From a virus (lineage: Duplodnaviria > Caudoviricetes), in IMG/VR virus record IMGVR_UViG_3300031998_000027, positions 1 to 64,000 of that record: 64,000 bases of DNA. The stretch is one strand, 5' to 3'. A program made the translations under genes and the position numbers. Under the pieces are notes generated by a model. That model did not search any database. It worked only from the letters and a program-made list of their open reading frames with translations, and was not told the origin of the DNA. Below, piece by piece: positions 21,397 to 31,675 of this stretch. Within the stretch, counting starts at the first letter, position 1. Each line of letters begins with the position of its first letter.

Positions 21397-21717
21397 ATGG
21401 ATGGATATGTAAATAAAAAAGATGTGTTTAATGAGATAGTTGATAGTTATCATATACGCACGGATATACAATTTAAAGCACTTCGTGAAGCACTGAATAA
21501 GGTTCCTATAGCTGATGTTGTACCAGTGCAGCATGCGCATTGGATTGAAAAGAAACATCCGCAGTATCCAGATATTTGTCATAATAAATATTTTTGTAGC
21601 CATTGTAATAAAACGGCTCCTACTTATTACCTTGATTATTCACATGAGATAATTTCAGAAAAATGGGATTATTGTCCTAACTGTTGGGCAATAATGGATG
21701 AGGAGGTAAATGAATGA
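21397..21717 (+). CDS. Zn-ribbon hypothetical protein
   Basis: ADVVPV.HAHW..CSHC..YCPNC.A.MD pattern common in Clostridia phages. Confidence 0.7.
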   Translation: MDGYVNKKDVFNEIVDSYHIRTDIQFKALREALNKVPIADVVPVQHAHWIEKKHPQYPDICHNKYFCSHCNKTAPTYYLDYSHEIISEKWDYCPNCWAIMDEEVNE

Positions 21718-21855
21718 GTAGATATGACCGAAGTGATTATGATGATATGATTTATGAACTGGACGAATTTTTAACTAATCATAAACCGTCAGAATTATTG
21801 AACTTAGTCATGACCGCTGTTGATTGGTGGGAAGAATGTAACATGGAGAAAGACG

Positions 21856-22170
21856 ATGAGCATACTGATTAAGGGCATGGAGATGCCGACAAGCTGTGGT
21901 GAGTGCCGCTTTGCGGTTGACGGATGGTGCTACGCCTACGGCAAACCGAACATTGAAGCCTTGTCTACCTATGAGCGCGCAAACTTTTGCCCCCTTGTTG
22001 CTGTACCCGCACACGGGCGGCTGATAGATGCGGATGCCGTCCAAGAAACGGTTTTGAAACTCGTTGAGGATGGATGGAATATCACACGAAACGATTATAA
22101 GCGGATGGACAATATCTTGTTTGAATGTCCGACCATCATACCAGCAGATAAGGAGGATAAGGATGCTTAA
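21856..22170 (+). CDS. hypothetical protein
   Basis: MEMPTSCGECRF..CPL...HGRLIDADA pattern. Confidence 0.65.
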   Translation: MSILIKGMEMPTSCGECRFAVDGWCYAYGKPNIEALSTYERANFCPLVAVPAHGRLIDADAVQETVLKLVEDGWNITRNDYKRMDNILFECPTIIPADKEDKDA

Positions 22171-22618
22171 AGGAGATTGCAGAATCTGCGTCCACGGCAG
22201 CGAGCCGGAAGATAGCGAGATTTGTGTTGAGTGTGGCATAGCGCGTGAGAACTATGCACCGATAAAGAAGGAAGAGGATAATACAATAATAGCCGACGAT
22301 TACATATCTCGTGAAGCAGCAAAGGCTATCTTAAAACAGCACGAGTACCGCTTTACTTGTGCAGATGAGGCTGATGGTTTTGGTGAGGTAAAGTGGGGCG
22401 AATATGTGATTTATGCCGATATGGCACAGAACTGCATCGGCTCAATTCCAGCTGCCGATGTTCAGCCGGTAGTACACGCGTATTGGACAAATAAAGAACG
22501 ATACCACAGTACACTCTTTGGAAATTGCTCCAATTGTGGGGAGAGTTCAGTTGCTGACCCCTATTGTTCTCACTGTGGCGCTAAGATGGATGGAAAGGTA
22601 GGTAAAACTAATGCCTGA
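22163..22618 (+). CDS. Zn-ribbon hypothetical protein
   Basis: YISREAA..PAADVQPVVHAYW..CSNC..YCSHCGAKMD; AGGAGG SD. Confidence 0.7.
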   Translation: MLKGDCRICVHGSEPEDSEICVECGIARENYAPIKKEEDNTIIADDYISREAAKAILKQHEYRFTCADEADGFGEVKWGEYVIYADMAQNCIGSIPAADVQPVVHAYWTNKERYHSTLFGNCSNCGESSVADPYCSHCGAKMDGKVGKTNA

Positions 22619-23528
22619 TATAGAAAATGTTTTTGAAACTCTTAGTGATATCTATACTAAGCAGGTAGAAGAAGCAGACCTAAAGGGATACGCAGACCTT
22701 TTTAAGAAGGTTACTGATTTGTTTTTTGAAGACCTTAATATCGATACTAATGATGTTCCATTTACTTTTACTGATATAGAATATCTTAATGGTTATTTTA
22801 TTTTTGGTACTGGAACTAATTCTGTTATTCATTTTCATATAAAAGAATGTCCTGGTTGGAAATTTGGAATATGGTGGGATGAACCAGAAGTAGATACAAA
22901 AATTTGTGGTCATTTTTTTGCTCAATATGAAGAAAATATAGATAAGTTTAAGCCATCAGCATCTATTATAAAAAATGATTTTTGTATTAAGGGTTTAACC
23001 ATAAATTATTGGGATACTCATTATATTAGAAAAGCAATTGAGTTTATAATGAATGAACCTTATCTTGCTTTTTGCCGTGATTATTATTGCTATGACTATA
23101 ATGAAACTTATGTTTCTAGAGAAGAAGCAAAAAAGATATATGATGATTGGCGAGCAAAAACAGATAAAGGAATTAAGCTAACTAAAAAGTGGGACGATAA
23201 AATTCTAAAATGGGTTAAAGATAATATACTTCCTATTTTTATTAACGCTGAAATTAAAGATATGGGAGAAGGATGGTCTCCAAGATATGAAGTTTTTGCT
23301 CCTTTTAGTGAAAATTCTGATATAGTTAATGCACCAGGGTGTTATTCTTGGTATGCTGATGAAAAGACAGAAGAAGACATAGAACTTTTAAAAGAATTTG
23401 ATGCTTTAATGGAAGCAGCGCAAAAAGAATTTAGGGAAGAAATAGATAGTTGTTATTTTTATCCTATTCATCAGAGTATTATTTTTTATAACAATGAGGA
23501 AGAAGAAAATGATATATCCTATACCTGA
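22611..23528 (+). CDS. hypothetical protein (305 aa)
   Basis: Long acidic/aromatic ORF. Confidence 0.7.
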   Translation: MPDIENVFETLSDIYTKQVEEADLKGYADLFKKVTDLFFEDLNIDTNDVPFTFTDIEYLNGYFIFGTGTNSVIHFHIKECPGWKFGIWWDEPEVDTKICGHFFAQYEENIDKFKPSASIIKNDFCIKGLTINYWDTHYIRKAIEFIMNEPYLAFCRDYYCYDYNETYVSREEAKKIYDDWRAKTDKGIKLTKKWDDKILKWVKDNILPIFINAEIKDMGEGWSPRYEVFAPFSENSDIVNAPGCYSWYADEKTEEDIELLKEFDALMEAAQKEFREEIDSCYFYPIHQSIIFYNNEEEENDISYT

Positions 23529-23663
23529 TGTACCAAGTGGTAAGTTAAGTGGTTAAAAGAAAAGGAGGGATTATCAAGATAATAAACGAAACTATCCTCC
23601 ATAAAAAAGTGCTAATTGCTAAAAAGCAATTAATAAATATTTTCTATTTAATGGAGGACACAA

Positions 23664-23861
23664 ATGACAAATGCACACAGAATCCAAACCCTAGCCAAAG
23701 AAGAACTATCGCTCTTTCTCGCTAATATCGTTGAATGCGGCAAAGGTTGCCCTGCTTCTTCTTGTTGTACTGATTTAGATATTTCGTGTAAAGTAATTTT
23801 TCTTAAATGGCTAAATAAAGATTATATTCCTACTGACTTTTTAGAAGCCTGGGAGTATTAA
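23664..23861 (+). CDS. small Cys-rich hypothetical protein
   Basis: GGAGG SD; MTNA.RI..L..EEL..FL..C..CP pattern. Confidence 0.6.
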   Translation: MTNAHRIQTLAKEELSLFLANIVECGKGCPASSCCTDLDISCKVIFLKWLNKDYIPTDFLEAWEY

Positions 23862-24001
23862 TTTGTGAATACAGCGCGAGTGCCGCAAATTTTTGGCATT
23901 CGCGCTGTTAACGTATGAGAAGTAACCAAAGAAACTTGAAAAATTCCAAAAATTCTGATATAATAAATATAGAAGATGAGAAAAGAAAGGGGAAAAATCC
24001 A

Positions 24002-24676
24002 ATGCATGACAGGATCGCTATCCGCAACCATTACATGGAAGTTCTTGAAGAGCTTTCTAAGATTGGTCTTGATACTTTTTTTGAGACTCGCGCTCGTTGT
24101 GAGTTTGATAATTTTGACTGGAATAGTGTACCGGGGTCCATTCAGCTTAGTGGCGGAGAAACTAAGGCTGTAATTTGGGATAATGAAATGCCTTATGTCC
24201 TCAAGATTCCTTATTTTTCTACAAAAACTGTGGATAAGAACTATTGCGACCGTGAGGTTGATTTCTATGCAGAAGCAGAAGAAGCTGGCCTTGAAGATTG
24301 TTTTGCTTGGTGCGACTTTCTTTTCTTCTTCCATAACTGCCCTGTTTACATAATGGAGTGGGCAGATTGCGATGAAGGCGCGATTGGAGATAGCGCTTAT
24401 GATGCCAGCTTCCGTTTAGCTTGCGCGCAGGAAGGAATTTCTGAAGGCTCAGAAAACTACGACAGGTTTGTAGATGAATTTTCTGATAGCTATTATAATT
24501 GTGACTGTGATACTCAAATTCTCGATCTTCTCGATGAAGTTTGGGGTTATCAGAAAGCTCGCGCCTTCAACGATTTTTGTTATGACCACGGCATTAATGA
24601 CCGCCATACTGGTAACTGGGGTTATGTTGACGGACGTCTTGTAATTATCGATTATTCTGGATATTATGGGGTGTAA
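24002..24676 (+). CDS. protein-kinase-like fold enzyme
   Basis: GETKAV, VLKIP, E in REVDFY, YIMEW, catalytic-loop-like DRHTGNWG, IIDYSG. Confidence 0.7.
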   Translation: MHDRIAIRNHYMEVLEELSKIGLDTFFETRARCEFDNFDWNSVPGSIQLSGGETKAVIWDNEMPYVLKIPYFSTKTVDKNYCDREVDFYAEAEEAGLEDCFAWCDFLFFFHNCPVYIMEWADCDEGAIGDSAYDASFRLACAQEGISEGSENYDRFVDEFSDSYYNCDCDTQILDLLDEVWGYQKARAFNDFCYDHGINDRHTGNWGYVDGRLVIIDYSGYYGV

Positions 24677-24678
24677 AA

Positions 24679-25221
24679 ATGAAAGTTCTTATTGTTGTAG
24701 ATATGCAAAATGATTTCATAGACGGCACGCTGGGTACGCCTGAGGCGTGCATGGCATTTCTTGAAACATCCTGTTATCTTGAAACTCATTCTGCTGAATA
24801 TGACCAGGTAATTTTTACTCGCGATACTCATCAGCTTGAAAATTATTCTGACTCGATTGAAGGAAAAAACATTCCCATTCATTGTATTGAAGATACCAAT
24901 GGTTGGAAAATTCCAGAAATTCTCTTTGAAAACACAAAAACCGAATATCATATTTACAATAAGTTTTCTTTTGGATATAGCAATAGTTGGCATTATCATC
25001 TTTGGGAAGATGATGAGGTTACAATTATAGGTCTTTGTACGGATATTTGTGTAATCACCAATGCACTGATGATACGCGCAGAGCGGCCGACTATCCCCAT
25101 TACAGTTATAAGCGATTGCTGCGCGGGCACTACCCCAGAAAATCACCAAAAAGCTCTTGATGTAATGAGAGCGTGTCTGATTGAGGTTATAAAAAATTTT
25201 CCAAAAAATCCGGAGGAGTAA
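24679..25221 (+). CDS. isochorismatase/nicotinamidase-family cysteine hydrolase (PncA-like)
   Basis: LIVVDMQNDF, TRDTH, HC, K, GLCTDICV. Confidence 0.85.
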   Translation: MKVLIVVDMQNDFIDGTLGTPEACMAFLETSCYLETHSAEYDQVIFTRDTHQLENYSDSIEGKNIPIHCIEDTNGWKIPEILFENTKTEYHIYNKFSFGYSNSWHYHLWEDDEVTIIGLCTDICVITNALMIRAERPTIPITVISDCCAGTTPENHQKALDVMRACLIEVIKNFPKNPEE

Positions 25222-25222
25222 A

Positions 25223-25417
25223 ATGGCAAGACAAATAAGTTTTAGACTTTTGGAAGAGGGCGCAGATGACATTTGTCTGGGCATTCTGTTTGATGAACGT
25301 TGGATAATTTGCGGATGCTGCGGCGCAGTAATAGACGCATATGAAGAGGATGTTGAAATTTTGCAAGAATTTGATGAATGGTGTCCTCTGGTTTGTGCTT
25401 ACGAAATTTATGGCTAA
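25223..25417 (+). CDS. small hypothetical protein
   Basis: GGAGG SD; IICGCCG motif. Confidence 0.6.
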   Translation: MARQISFRLLEEGADDICLGILFDERWIICGCCGAVIDAYEEDVEILQEFDEWCPLVCAYEIYG

Positions 25418-25419
25418 TA

Positions 25420-26310
25420 AAAAAAGTTGGATGTAGTTGATGGGCTCGCGCCTTCTACGTCCAACTTCTTTTTTTTCGGAAAATCCGACAGCTTTGCGCG
25501 CAACCTCTTCTAAAATTCCGAATTATTTTCCAAAAAATTCGGGAAAATCGACGGGCTCGCGCCAACTACGTTCTACAACTTCAAAATATTTTCCAGAAAA
25601 TCCTCAAAGCCGCGATATTTTCCAGAAAAAATTTCAAAATCTAAAATTTACTTTTTTTTCTAAAGTCTTCCTCAGTAAAATTAACTTTATAGTGGTAGGT
25701 GGGGGAACCTTACTGGAGGGGGTAGTGTGAACCGAGAGGAACTCAAATAACCGAACGGCGAACGAAGTGAGCGAACTAGAACCCCCGAACCTTCCCAACC
25801 CAACCCCAAAGTCTAGCTCCTGAATGTACACCATAGCGTTGCAAGCGAGCGAAAGCGAGCGCGCAGTTGACAATAGCGGCCAATTGGCCGGAGCGCGAAG
25901 CGCGAGGACCGAGTGGCTCGCGCCTCCCCGAAGGGGAGGAAGGAGGGGAGCGTAATCCAAAAACGAAGAAGCAGAACGTATACGTAATACGTATACGTAT
26001 AGAGTATTGCGGAGAAAATTTTGAGGTCCCAGTGTACGCACACTAGGGGCTTTTTTCGCTATGAAAGGAGACTCTGACGTTGTGGAAAAGGGCTAAGGGC
26101 TGAGAAAGAGAAAGAGCGTTTTTGTATGTGGGAAAAGAGTTTGGAAGGGATAGAAAAGAGATAGTTGGTATAGAAAAGAGATAGTTGGTACCTGGTCCAA
26201 AATTTTACGACTTTCAAATTTTAATTTTTTTGAAAATTTTAAACGTGTCAAATTTTGACGCGTAGCTAAAAAAGAAGAGAGGACTTTCGTCCTCTCTCTT
26301 TCTTTTTTGG
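25420..26310. other. long repeat-rich non-coding region, candidate origin/terminus
   Basis: No credible ORF; hairpins, palindromes, GCGAGCGAAAGCGAGCG, 20-bp tandem repeat; lies between convergent genes. Confidence 0.45.
26151..26190. repeat. perfect 20-bp tandem repeat
   Basis: TAGAAAAGAGATAGTTGGTA x2. Confidence 0.9.
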
Positions 26311-26311
26311 A

Positions 26312-26686
26312 TTACTCCGCGATGGGAAGAATCCAACCCTTCTGGGTACCCTTACCCTTAATCTTCACATCAACGGAGGCGCAGAGTCCCTGCTTGCGCG
26401 CCTGAACGAGCAGGCCAGAAACCTTCTGCGGGGTGATGTCGGTCGCGCCGAGAGCAGCGAAGAGGTCGGTAGCGGTCTGCGGCTTATCCGTCAGAAGCCC
26501 AACAATCTTCTCAGTCAGCGGAGCGTTCTCAAGGGCCTTCTTCGAGGGCTTAGCAGCGCGCTTAGCGTTAGCGGTGTGAATCTTCTCAAGCTGGAGAGAA
26601 GCAAAATCACGCAGCTCAGCGGGAAGCGTCTCGTTCTGGGCGATAGCGGTGAAGAAGGCGGGGCGGGTCATAGTAGCGTTAGTCAT
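26312..26686 (-). CDS. basic winged-helix DNA-binding protein (paralog of 35632)
   Basis: LTEKIVGLL..KPQTATDL....ITPQKVSGLL..A...G..beta wing; high-expression codon usage. Confidence 0.7.
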   Translation of the reverse strand: MTNATMTRPAFFTAIAQNETLPAELRDFASLQLEKIHTANAKRAAKPSKKALENAPLTEKIVGLLTDKPQTATDLFAALGATDITPQKVSGLLVQARKQGLCASVDVKIKGKGTQKGWILPIAE

Positions 26687-26694
26687 TTTAAAAT

Positions 26695-26734
26695 TCCTTT
26701 CTGTGCGTTAAGCACTTGGCGTCGGTCGCCACCC
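26695..26734 (-). promoter_or_regulatory. structured 5' leader motif, copy 1
   Basis: GGGTGGCGACCGACGCCAAGTGCTTAACGCACAGAAAGGA; covaries with the copy at 36016-36057. Confidence 0.6.
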
Positions 26735-27141
26735 AAGTTTTTTTGAAGTAGGAGAGTTACTTTCTCTCTCACTTTCTATAATAATTATAACTGAATTTTC
26801 AGAAAAAATCAAAGTTTCACAGCTTCTAAGGAAATTTGACAGCTTTTATGCGCGCAGCTTCTGTGTTTGTCAAATTTTCGTAGCTTTCGTAGCTTGCAGC
26901 TTATTAAAATTTGACACGAGTGAAAATTTGCGCGCAGAATTGGTAAAATTTGGAAATTTCTTGCTAAAAAATGGAAGTTCGCTGTCAAATTTTGACATAA
27001 AATGGGAAAATTTGGAAGTTTAGTCAACATAATACTACATTATGTAAACTTTTTAGGTCAAAATTTGACAAAAGTGAAAATTAGATGATAAACATCTAAT
27101 TTATTGAATTGACAATTTCGGGTATATATGTTATAATTGAC

Positions 27142-27231
27142 TTGTCAAGAGGGAAGGAGTGCGAGACTCCCGATAGTCCGACCCATAATAGGTTACTTCA
27201 CCGAAATAAAATTAGACTTCCCTCTTGACAA
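27142..27231 (+). ncRNA. candidate small RNA closed by a 15-bp inverted repeat
   Basis: Follows TTGACA-17-TATAAT; TTGTCAAGAGGGAAG...CTTCCCTCTTGACAA; internal GGAGT/ACTCC hairpin; no ORF. Confidence 0.45.
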
Positions 27232-27267
27232 AATAAAAAGATGTGGTATAATTAAAGGAGAAAAAAA

Positions 27268-28391
27268 ATGATTAAGAAATTTTTTGCAACAATTTTTTAC
27301 TATTGCTTTGGTCTTCGTCCTTACGCAATAATTTGTACCTCTACCAACCACCCCTCTGAACCAGTTTTTGTTTTTACTCACGAACTGCTTTCACAAAAAG
27401 AAGTTGAAAACATAAATGGATTTTATACAATCTATGATGATTTATCTATGGTTGATTTTGTGAATAAAATGGTGCAGTTTAAGACGATAGAAAGAGTTGG
27501 CTTTTGGGAGTATGTGCGAAGTCGCTAAGTTTCGCACAAAAGCCCGAGCAAAATTTTTCAAAAAACTATTGACATTTATTTGGTTGTATGTTATAATGAT
27601 TATGCTGAAAGGAGATAGAAATAATGAATTTGAAAGATTGTAGAACTAAACTTGTAGTAAAAGGAATGGCGTGGATTGTTTACGAAAAAAACAATTCTAC
27701 TCCTCGCTTGGTTGCAAAGTATCCTAATTTCAATAAGAAAACTAATGTACCTGTTGAAGTCCTTGATGCGTATCATACTAACATAGATACTACAAAAGAA
27801 TTTACTACTCCACGCGATTTTAATACTTGGGGTGTGCTAAAATGGTGGAGTAAAAATTCTCCTAATGTTTGTTATGTTTATACTAATTATGAAGAGGAGT
27901 TAAGATAATGGAAAGACAGAAGTTTATAAATGGCAAGTTTTATTTTGCTTGTAGTGACCATATGTGGGCGCGCCCTAATAATTATTATATGGGAGATGCC
28001 TTTGATACTTATGAAGAAGCACTTGCAAAAGCGATAGAAATGGCAGAAGATGGTTCGTTTGATGATTGTGGAGTTTTTTTCTATTATAACGATAAGTGGT
28101 GGGGAGAAATTAAGGTAAGGGATTATTAAAATGAATGAAGAAACAGGAGGATTGTAAAGAATGAAAATGAAAGTTCCTTGGGAAACTGGGGGTTGCCTTG
28201 TGGATAGTCTTTTGCTACTATACCTGTGGGCGGTTGAGTATCGTGAGAATTTTGATGTAGAAAAAATTGAGGAAACCATTGAGGAAGCAAGAGAATGGGC
28301 AAGAAATACTTTTGTATCTATTTGCAAAAGCATTGAGAAGCAGGAAGGGAAGGAATTTGATTTTGAAGTAGAGGACGAAGATGAAGAGTAA
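27268..28391 (+). other. four small hypothetical CDSs (27268-27528, 27624-27908, 27908-28129, 28161-28391)
   Basis: SD sites; TTGACA/TATAAT promoters at ~27225 and ~27569. Confidence 0.7.
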
Positions 28392-28559
28392 CTGCCCTTG
28401 TGATATTGACGGTTTTTGTCCATACGATGCACAATATATTAATACTTGTGAATGGTATTGCAGCGAGGAAGAACCGCAAGATGAACCTAAAATTTGGGAG
28501 GAAAATTAAATCCTCCTTAATTAGATGTATTACATCTAACAAAAAAGAGGAAAAGAGTT

Positions 28560-29093
28560 TTATCTCTTTCCCTCGGGAATTGCTATGAGAACATTGTTTA
28601 CATTCTTCATTACATAAATCTTATCCCATTTATGTTCCTTTGGATAAAAACATCTCTTGTCCTTATCTACAATAATCGGCTCTTCAAATTCCCTTTTCAT
28701 TCTACGGAGTTCCTCAATAGGAACAATTCTATTGCGCGAATGATTGTTTTCGGATTGCAAGAGTTCATCATCAATTTTTATGTAAACAAGATAATGATTT
28801 TTGAATTTTCCAAACCAATCAATAAACTGCAATCTCTTTACTGCGGTTGGCGCATTGGTATCAACAACAACAGTTTCCCCTCGCATTTCGGCTTCAAAAA
28901 TTGCCTTGTAGAAGTCTATCCAAACATTAAAGGAAATTTCTTCCTTATCATAGACATTCTTATCATTAGCATAATAAGGCGCATAAAAATCATCAATACT
29001 AAGATAAGTATATTCGTTCTGTTTTGCAAAAGCCTTTGCATAAGTAGTCTTTCCAGCACCAGAAAGACCGCACATTAGATACATATCTCCCAT
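28560..29093 (-). CDS. P-loop kinase (AAA_33/polynucleotide-kinase-like)
   Basis: MCGLSGAGKTTYA, LSIDDF, VVVDTNA....R, R.R.VP. Confidence 0.75.
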   Translation of the reverse strand: MGDMYLMCGLSGAGKTTYAKAFAKQNEYTYLSIDDFYAPYYANDKNVYDKEEISFNVWIDFYKAIFEAEMRGETVVVDTNAPTAVKRLQFIDWFGKFKNHYLVYIKIDDELLQSENNHSRNRIVPIEELRRMKREFEEPIIVDKDKRCFYPKEHKWDKIYVMKNVNNVLIAIPEGKR

Positions 29094-29111
29094 TTCTTTT
29101 CTCCTTCTTCC

Positions 29112-29315
29112 TTATTCAAGTATTATTGTGGGATTTTCATAGACAGTAACCTCATCATCGGGCGCAAAATGATATAGACTACCACTTTGAAGGCTTACTG
29201 AATTTAATTTAGTATAATCTGTTACCATAAAAATAGTTCCACTACGCTTAAAGACATCTCCAATAGATAATTCACCAAAAGTAGTCGTTCCTTTTGTCTT
29301 GTCAATAATATTCAT
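29112..29315 (-). CDS. small beta-rich protein, family A
   Basis: FGELSIGDVF..FM.T..N.V.L.SG.LY.F..DD.V; similar to 37060 and 38932. Confidence 0.7.
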   Translation of the reverse strand: MNIIDKTKGTTTFGELSIGDVFKRSGTIFMVTDYTKLNSVSLQSGSLYHFAPDDEVTVYENPTIILE

Positions 29316-29421
29316 TTTTCTTTCTCCTTTCTTATTACGCCTTAATTATACCATATTAGGATAGTTTTGTCAATAAACTTAATTAGATGTTATACATCTA
29401 ATTTTTTTGAGGAAAGGCGGA

Positions 29422-29745
29422 TTACTCCGCCTTTTCTCTCTTTGCCTTATCTTTGGCAATCTTTTTTGCCTTTGCTTCCTCTGCGGCGGCTTTCTTTGCG
29501 GCTTTATCTTCGCAGTCTATCTTGTACTGCTCTCGCCTACCATAGCCGTCATATTCCTCATCTGCCGTACCCTTAGGAACCTTGACTACGATTTCTACCC
29601 AGCCCTCTTCTCCATCGGTTGCGACAGTAGGAAAGTTAAGGGTATTGGAAGCTATCATTCCAACATCTTCGCCGTTGTCGGCAAAATTTTTCAGAAGAGC
29701 AGAAATGATAGTGGCGCGAATTTCATTCGCATTGGCAAGTTTCAT
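29422..29745 (-). CDS. small protein with K/A-rich tail, family B
   Basis: GEDV...SN...FP.V...G...W..IV.KVP.G...YDGY; similar to 35164. Confidence 0.75.
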   Translation of the reverse strand: MKLANANEIRATIISALLKNFADNGEDVGMIASNTLNFPTVATDGEEGWVEIVVKVPKGTADEEYDGYGRREQYKIDCEDKAAKKAAAEEAKAKKIAKDKAKREKAE

Positions 29746-29851
29746 ATAGTTTCTCCTTTCTTTCTTTGTAACCTTATTATACTACCTTTTATTATACTTG
29801 TCAAGACTCTTAATTAGATGTGATACATCTAATTAGGAGGTTGCTTGGGAA

Positions 29852-30514
29852 TTATTCCCAAGCACCTTTCCTCATCTTTCTGTGTTGACGGATACATTTG
29901 GCAAATATTTCTTTTTCTATTAGTACATCTTCAAGTCCTGTATGATTTTCGGTGAAGCTATTATCTCCACTTATATATTTGTAGAGAATTTCAGCGGTTG
30001 CCCTTACTTTTCCATTCTTTTGACAGTAGCCATTTTTATTACACCATCGTATATATGTTCTCTGTTTACAGATTGTATCTTGTGCCATTTTTAGTGTATC
30101 CCACAAGGGAATACCATAAGGAAGAAAAAATCTTACTTTTGACTTTGTTATATAACGAAGTGTATAATTTACTGCACGATAATCAAATGGAGCATTATGC
30201 GCTATGATAGCTTTTACATTATACTTTTTACACAAATCGTGTATATGTTTTCTTGCCGTATAAATGGAAACAATTTGACGAGAGCCCTTTTTTATATCTG
30301 CTTCATATATAGGTCTTTTCTCTGCATAATAGGCAGTATCAAAAAGAGCCTTATCAGCGCAAAATATATCGTATATGATGAAGCTAAAAGTTTCATAAAC
30401 TCGCCCTTTTTTATCGTGAATTGCCCCGCCAAAATCATACATTATAGGACATTCAAGACTATTTGCCGTTTCTGTATCAATCGTTAAATAATAATTTTTG
30501 CGTTTGTCAATCAC
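29852..30514 (-). CDS. DEDDh 3'-5' exonuclease
   Basis: IDTET, AHNAPFD, WDTL, HTGLED. Confidence 0.85.
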   Translation of the reverse strand: MIDKRKNYYLTIDTETANSLECPIMYDFGGAIHDKKGRVYETFSFIIYDIFCADKALFDTAYYAEKRPIYEADIKKGSRQIVSIYTARKHIHDLCKKYNVKAIIAHNAPFDYRAVNYTLRYITKSKVRFFLPYGIPLWDTLKMAQDTICKQRTYIRWCNKNGYCQKNGKVRATAEILYKYISGDNSFTENHTGLEDVLIEKEIFAKCIRQHRKMRKGAWE

Positions 30515-30629
30515 TTATTTTCTCCTTTCTTATTTACATACTGATTATACCATATAATTCAGATTTTGTCAAGAGAAGAATTAGATGTAATACATCTAAT
30601 TAGTAAGGGGTAGTTTTTTTACTATCCCT

Positions 30630-31547
30630 CTACCTCATAAGGTAAACATCAAAGCCTATATCTTCAAGAGCATTTATTAGACAATTTATATCATAATAAA
30701 GGTCATCATCGGGAGTGATGTAGCGCGCAGTATTCTTTACAAGACCATAAAATGCGCCAGCTATATACTCCTCTGTTTCTGTAAGATTAAGGTCGCCGCC
30801 TACTATTCTTTCCATTCTAAAACCTCCCATATTCCCATTCTTCGGGCTCAATTATAAAATCGGCATAAACTCTTTCTGCAAGCTGAAATATTAGCTTTAG
30901 ATTATCGTGAATATCACCAGGCGGTAGCTCTCCAAAAATGTCATAGCACATACTGCGGAAAGCATCGTAAATACGATTTTCGGTTGCGTTCATAGAGTAT
31001 TCTGTCTTCTTTTTAGAGGTAACTTTCATTTTCTTCTCCTTTCTTATTTACATATTGATTATACCATATAAAGTTAAGTTTGTCAATTCTTTTTTTTAGA
31101 TGTGATACATCTAATTTAGGACTTTGAGGGCAAGTCGCGCCCTCAAGTCCAACAAAAAGAAAAGAAAAGAAAAAGAAATTCTAATTTATTGCCGCGGCGA
31201 CTATTGCGATGATTATAAAAATGATAATCGCAAGACCAACGCCAATCCAAAGCGGCGCGAGTACCCATATCCATTTCCAATCAATAACTCCGACAAGTTT
31301 CAGTATTACAAATACTATTGTAAGGATAATATCAAGTCCAAATCCATTATATGTAGTCTTATTTTCCATTTTCTTTCCACCTTTCAATTTTTTCAAAATT
31401 TTTCTTTACACATTCAAGAGTTTTTATAAAAATTTCCCATTTTTCATCGTTTGCGATTTCTTCCCTATTTAGGTGTACAACTCCGCCCCAACTATCTTCA
31501 AATATTATAGGATAATTATAATCTGTAGGATTGTATAATACTTTCAT
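30630..31547 (-). other. small CDSs (30630-30815, 30817-31029, 31181-31369 membrane protein, 31359-31547)
   Basis: SD sites; two promoter units; LTIVFVILKLVGVIDW.W.WVLAPLW two-TM phage family. Confidence 0.65.
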
Positions 31548-31675
31548 TTTCTTTTCTCCTTTCTTTTCCCTTTTGACATCTTTATTATACCATAATTTTA
31601 GGAAAAGTCAATATTAAGAATTAGATGTGACACATCTAATTGATAAAAAAGGAAAAAGGTGGAAATTTCCACCTT

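Noticed and set aside
25437-26043. ORFs called in the repeat-rich non-coding region
   Set aside because: No SD, atypical composition, overlapping repeats
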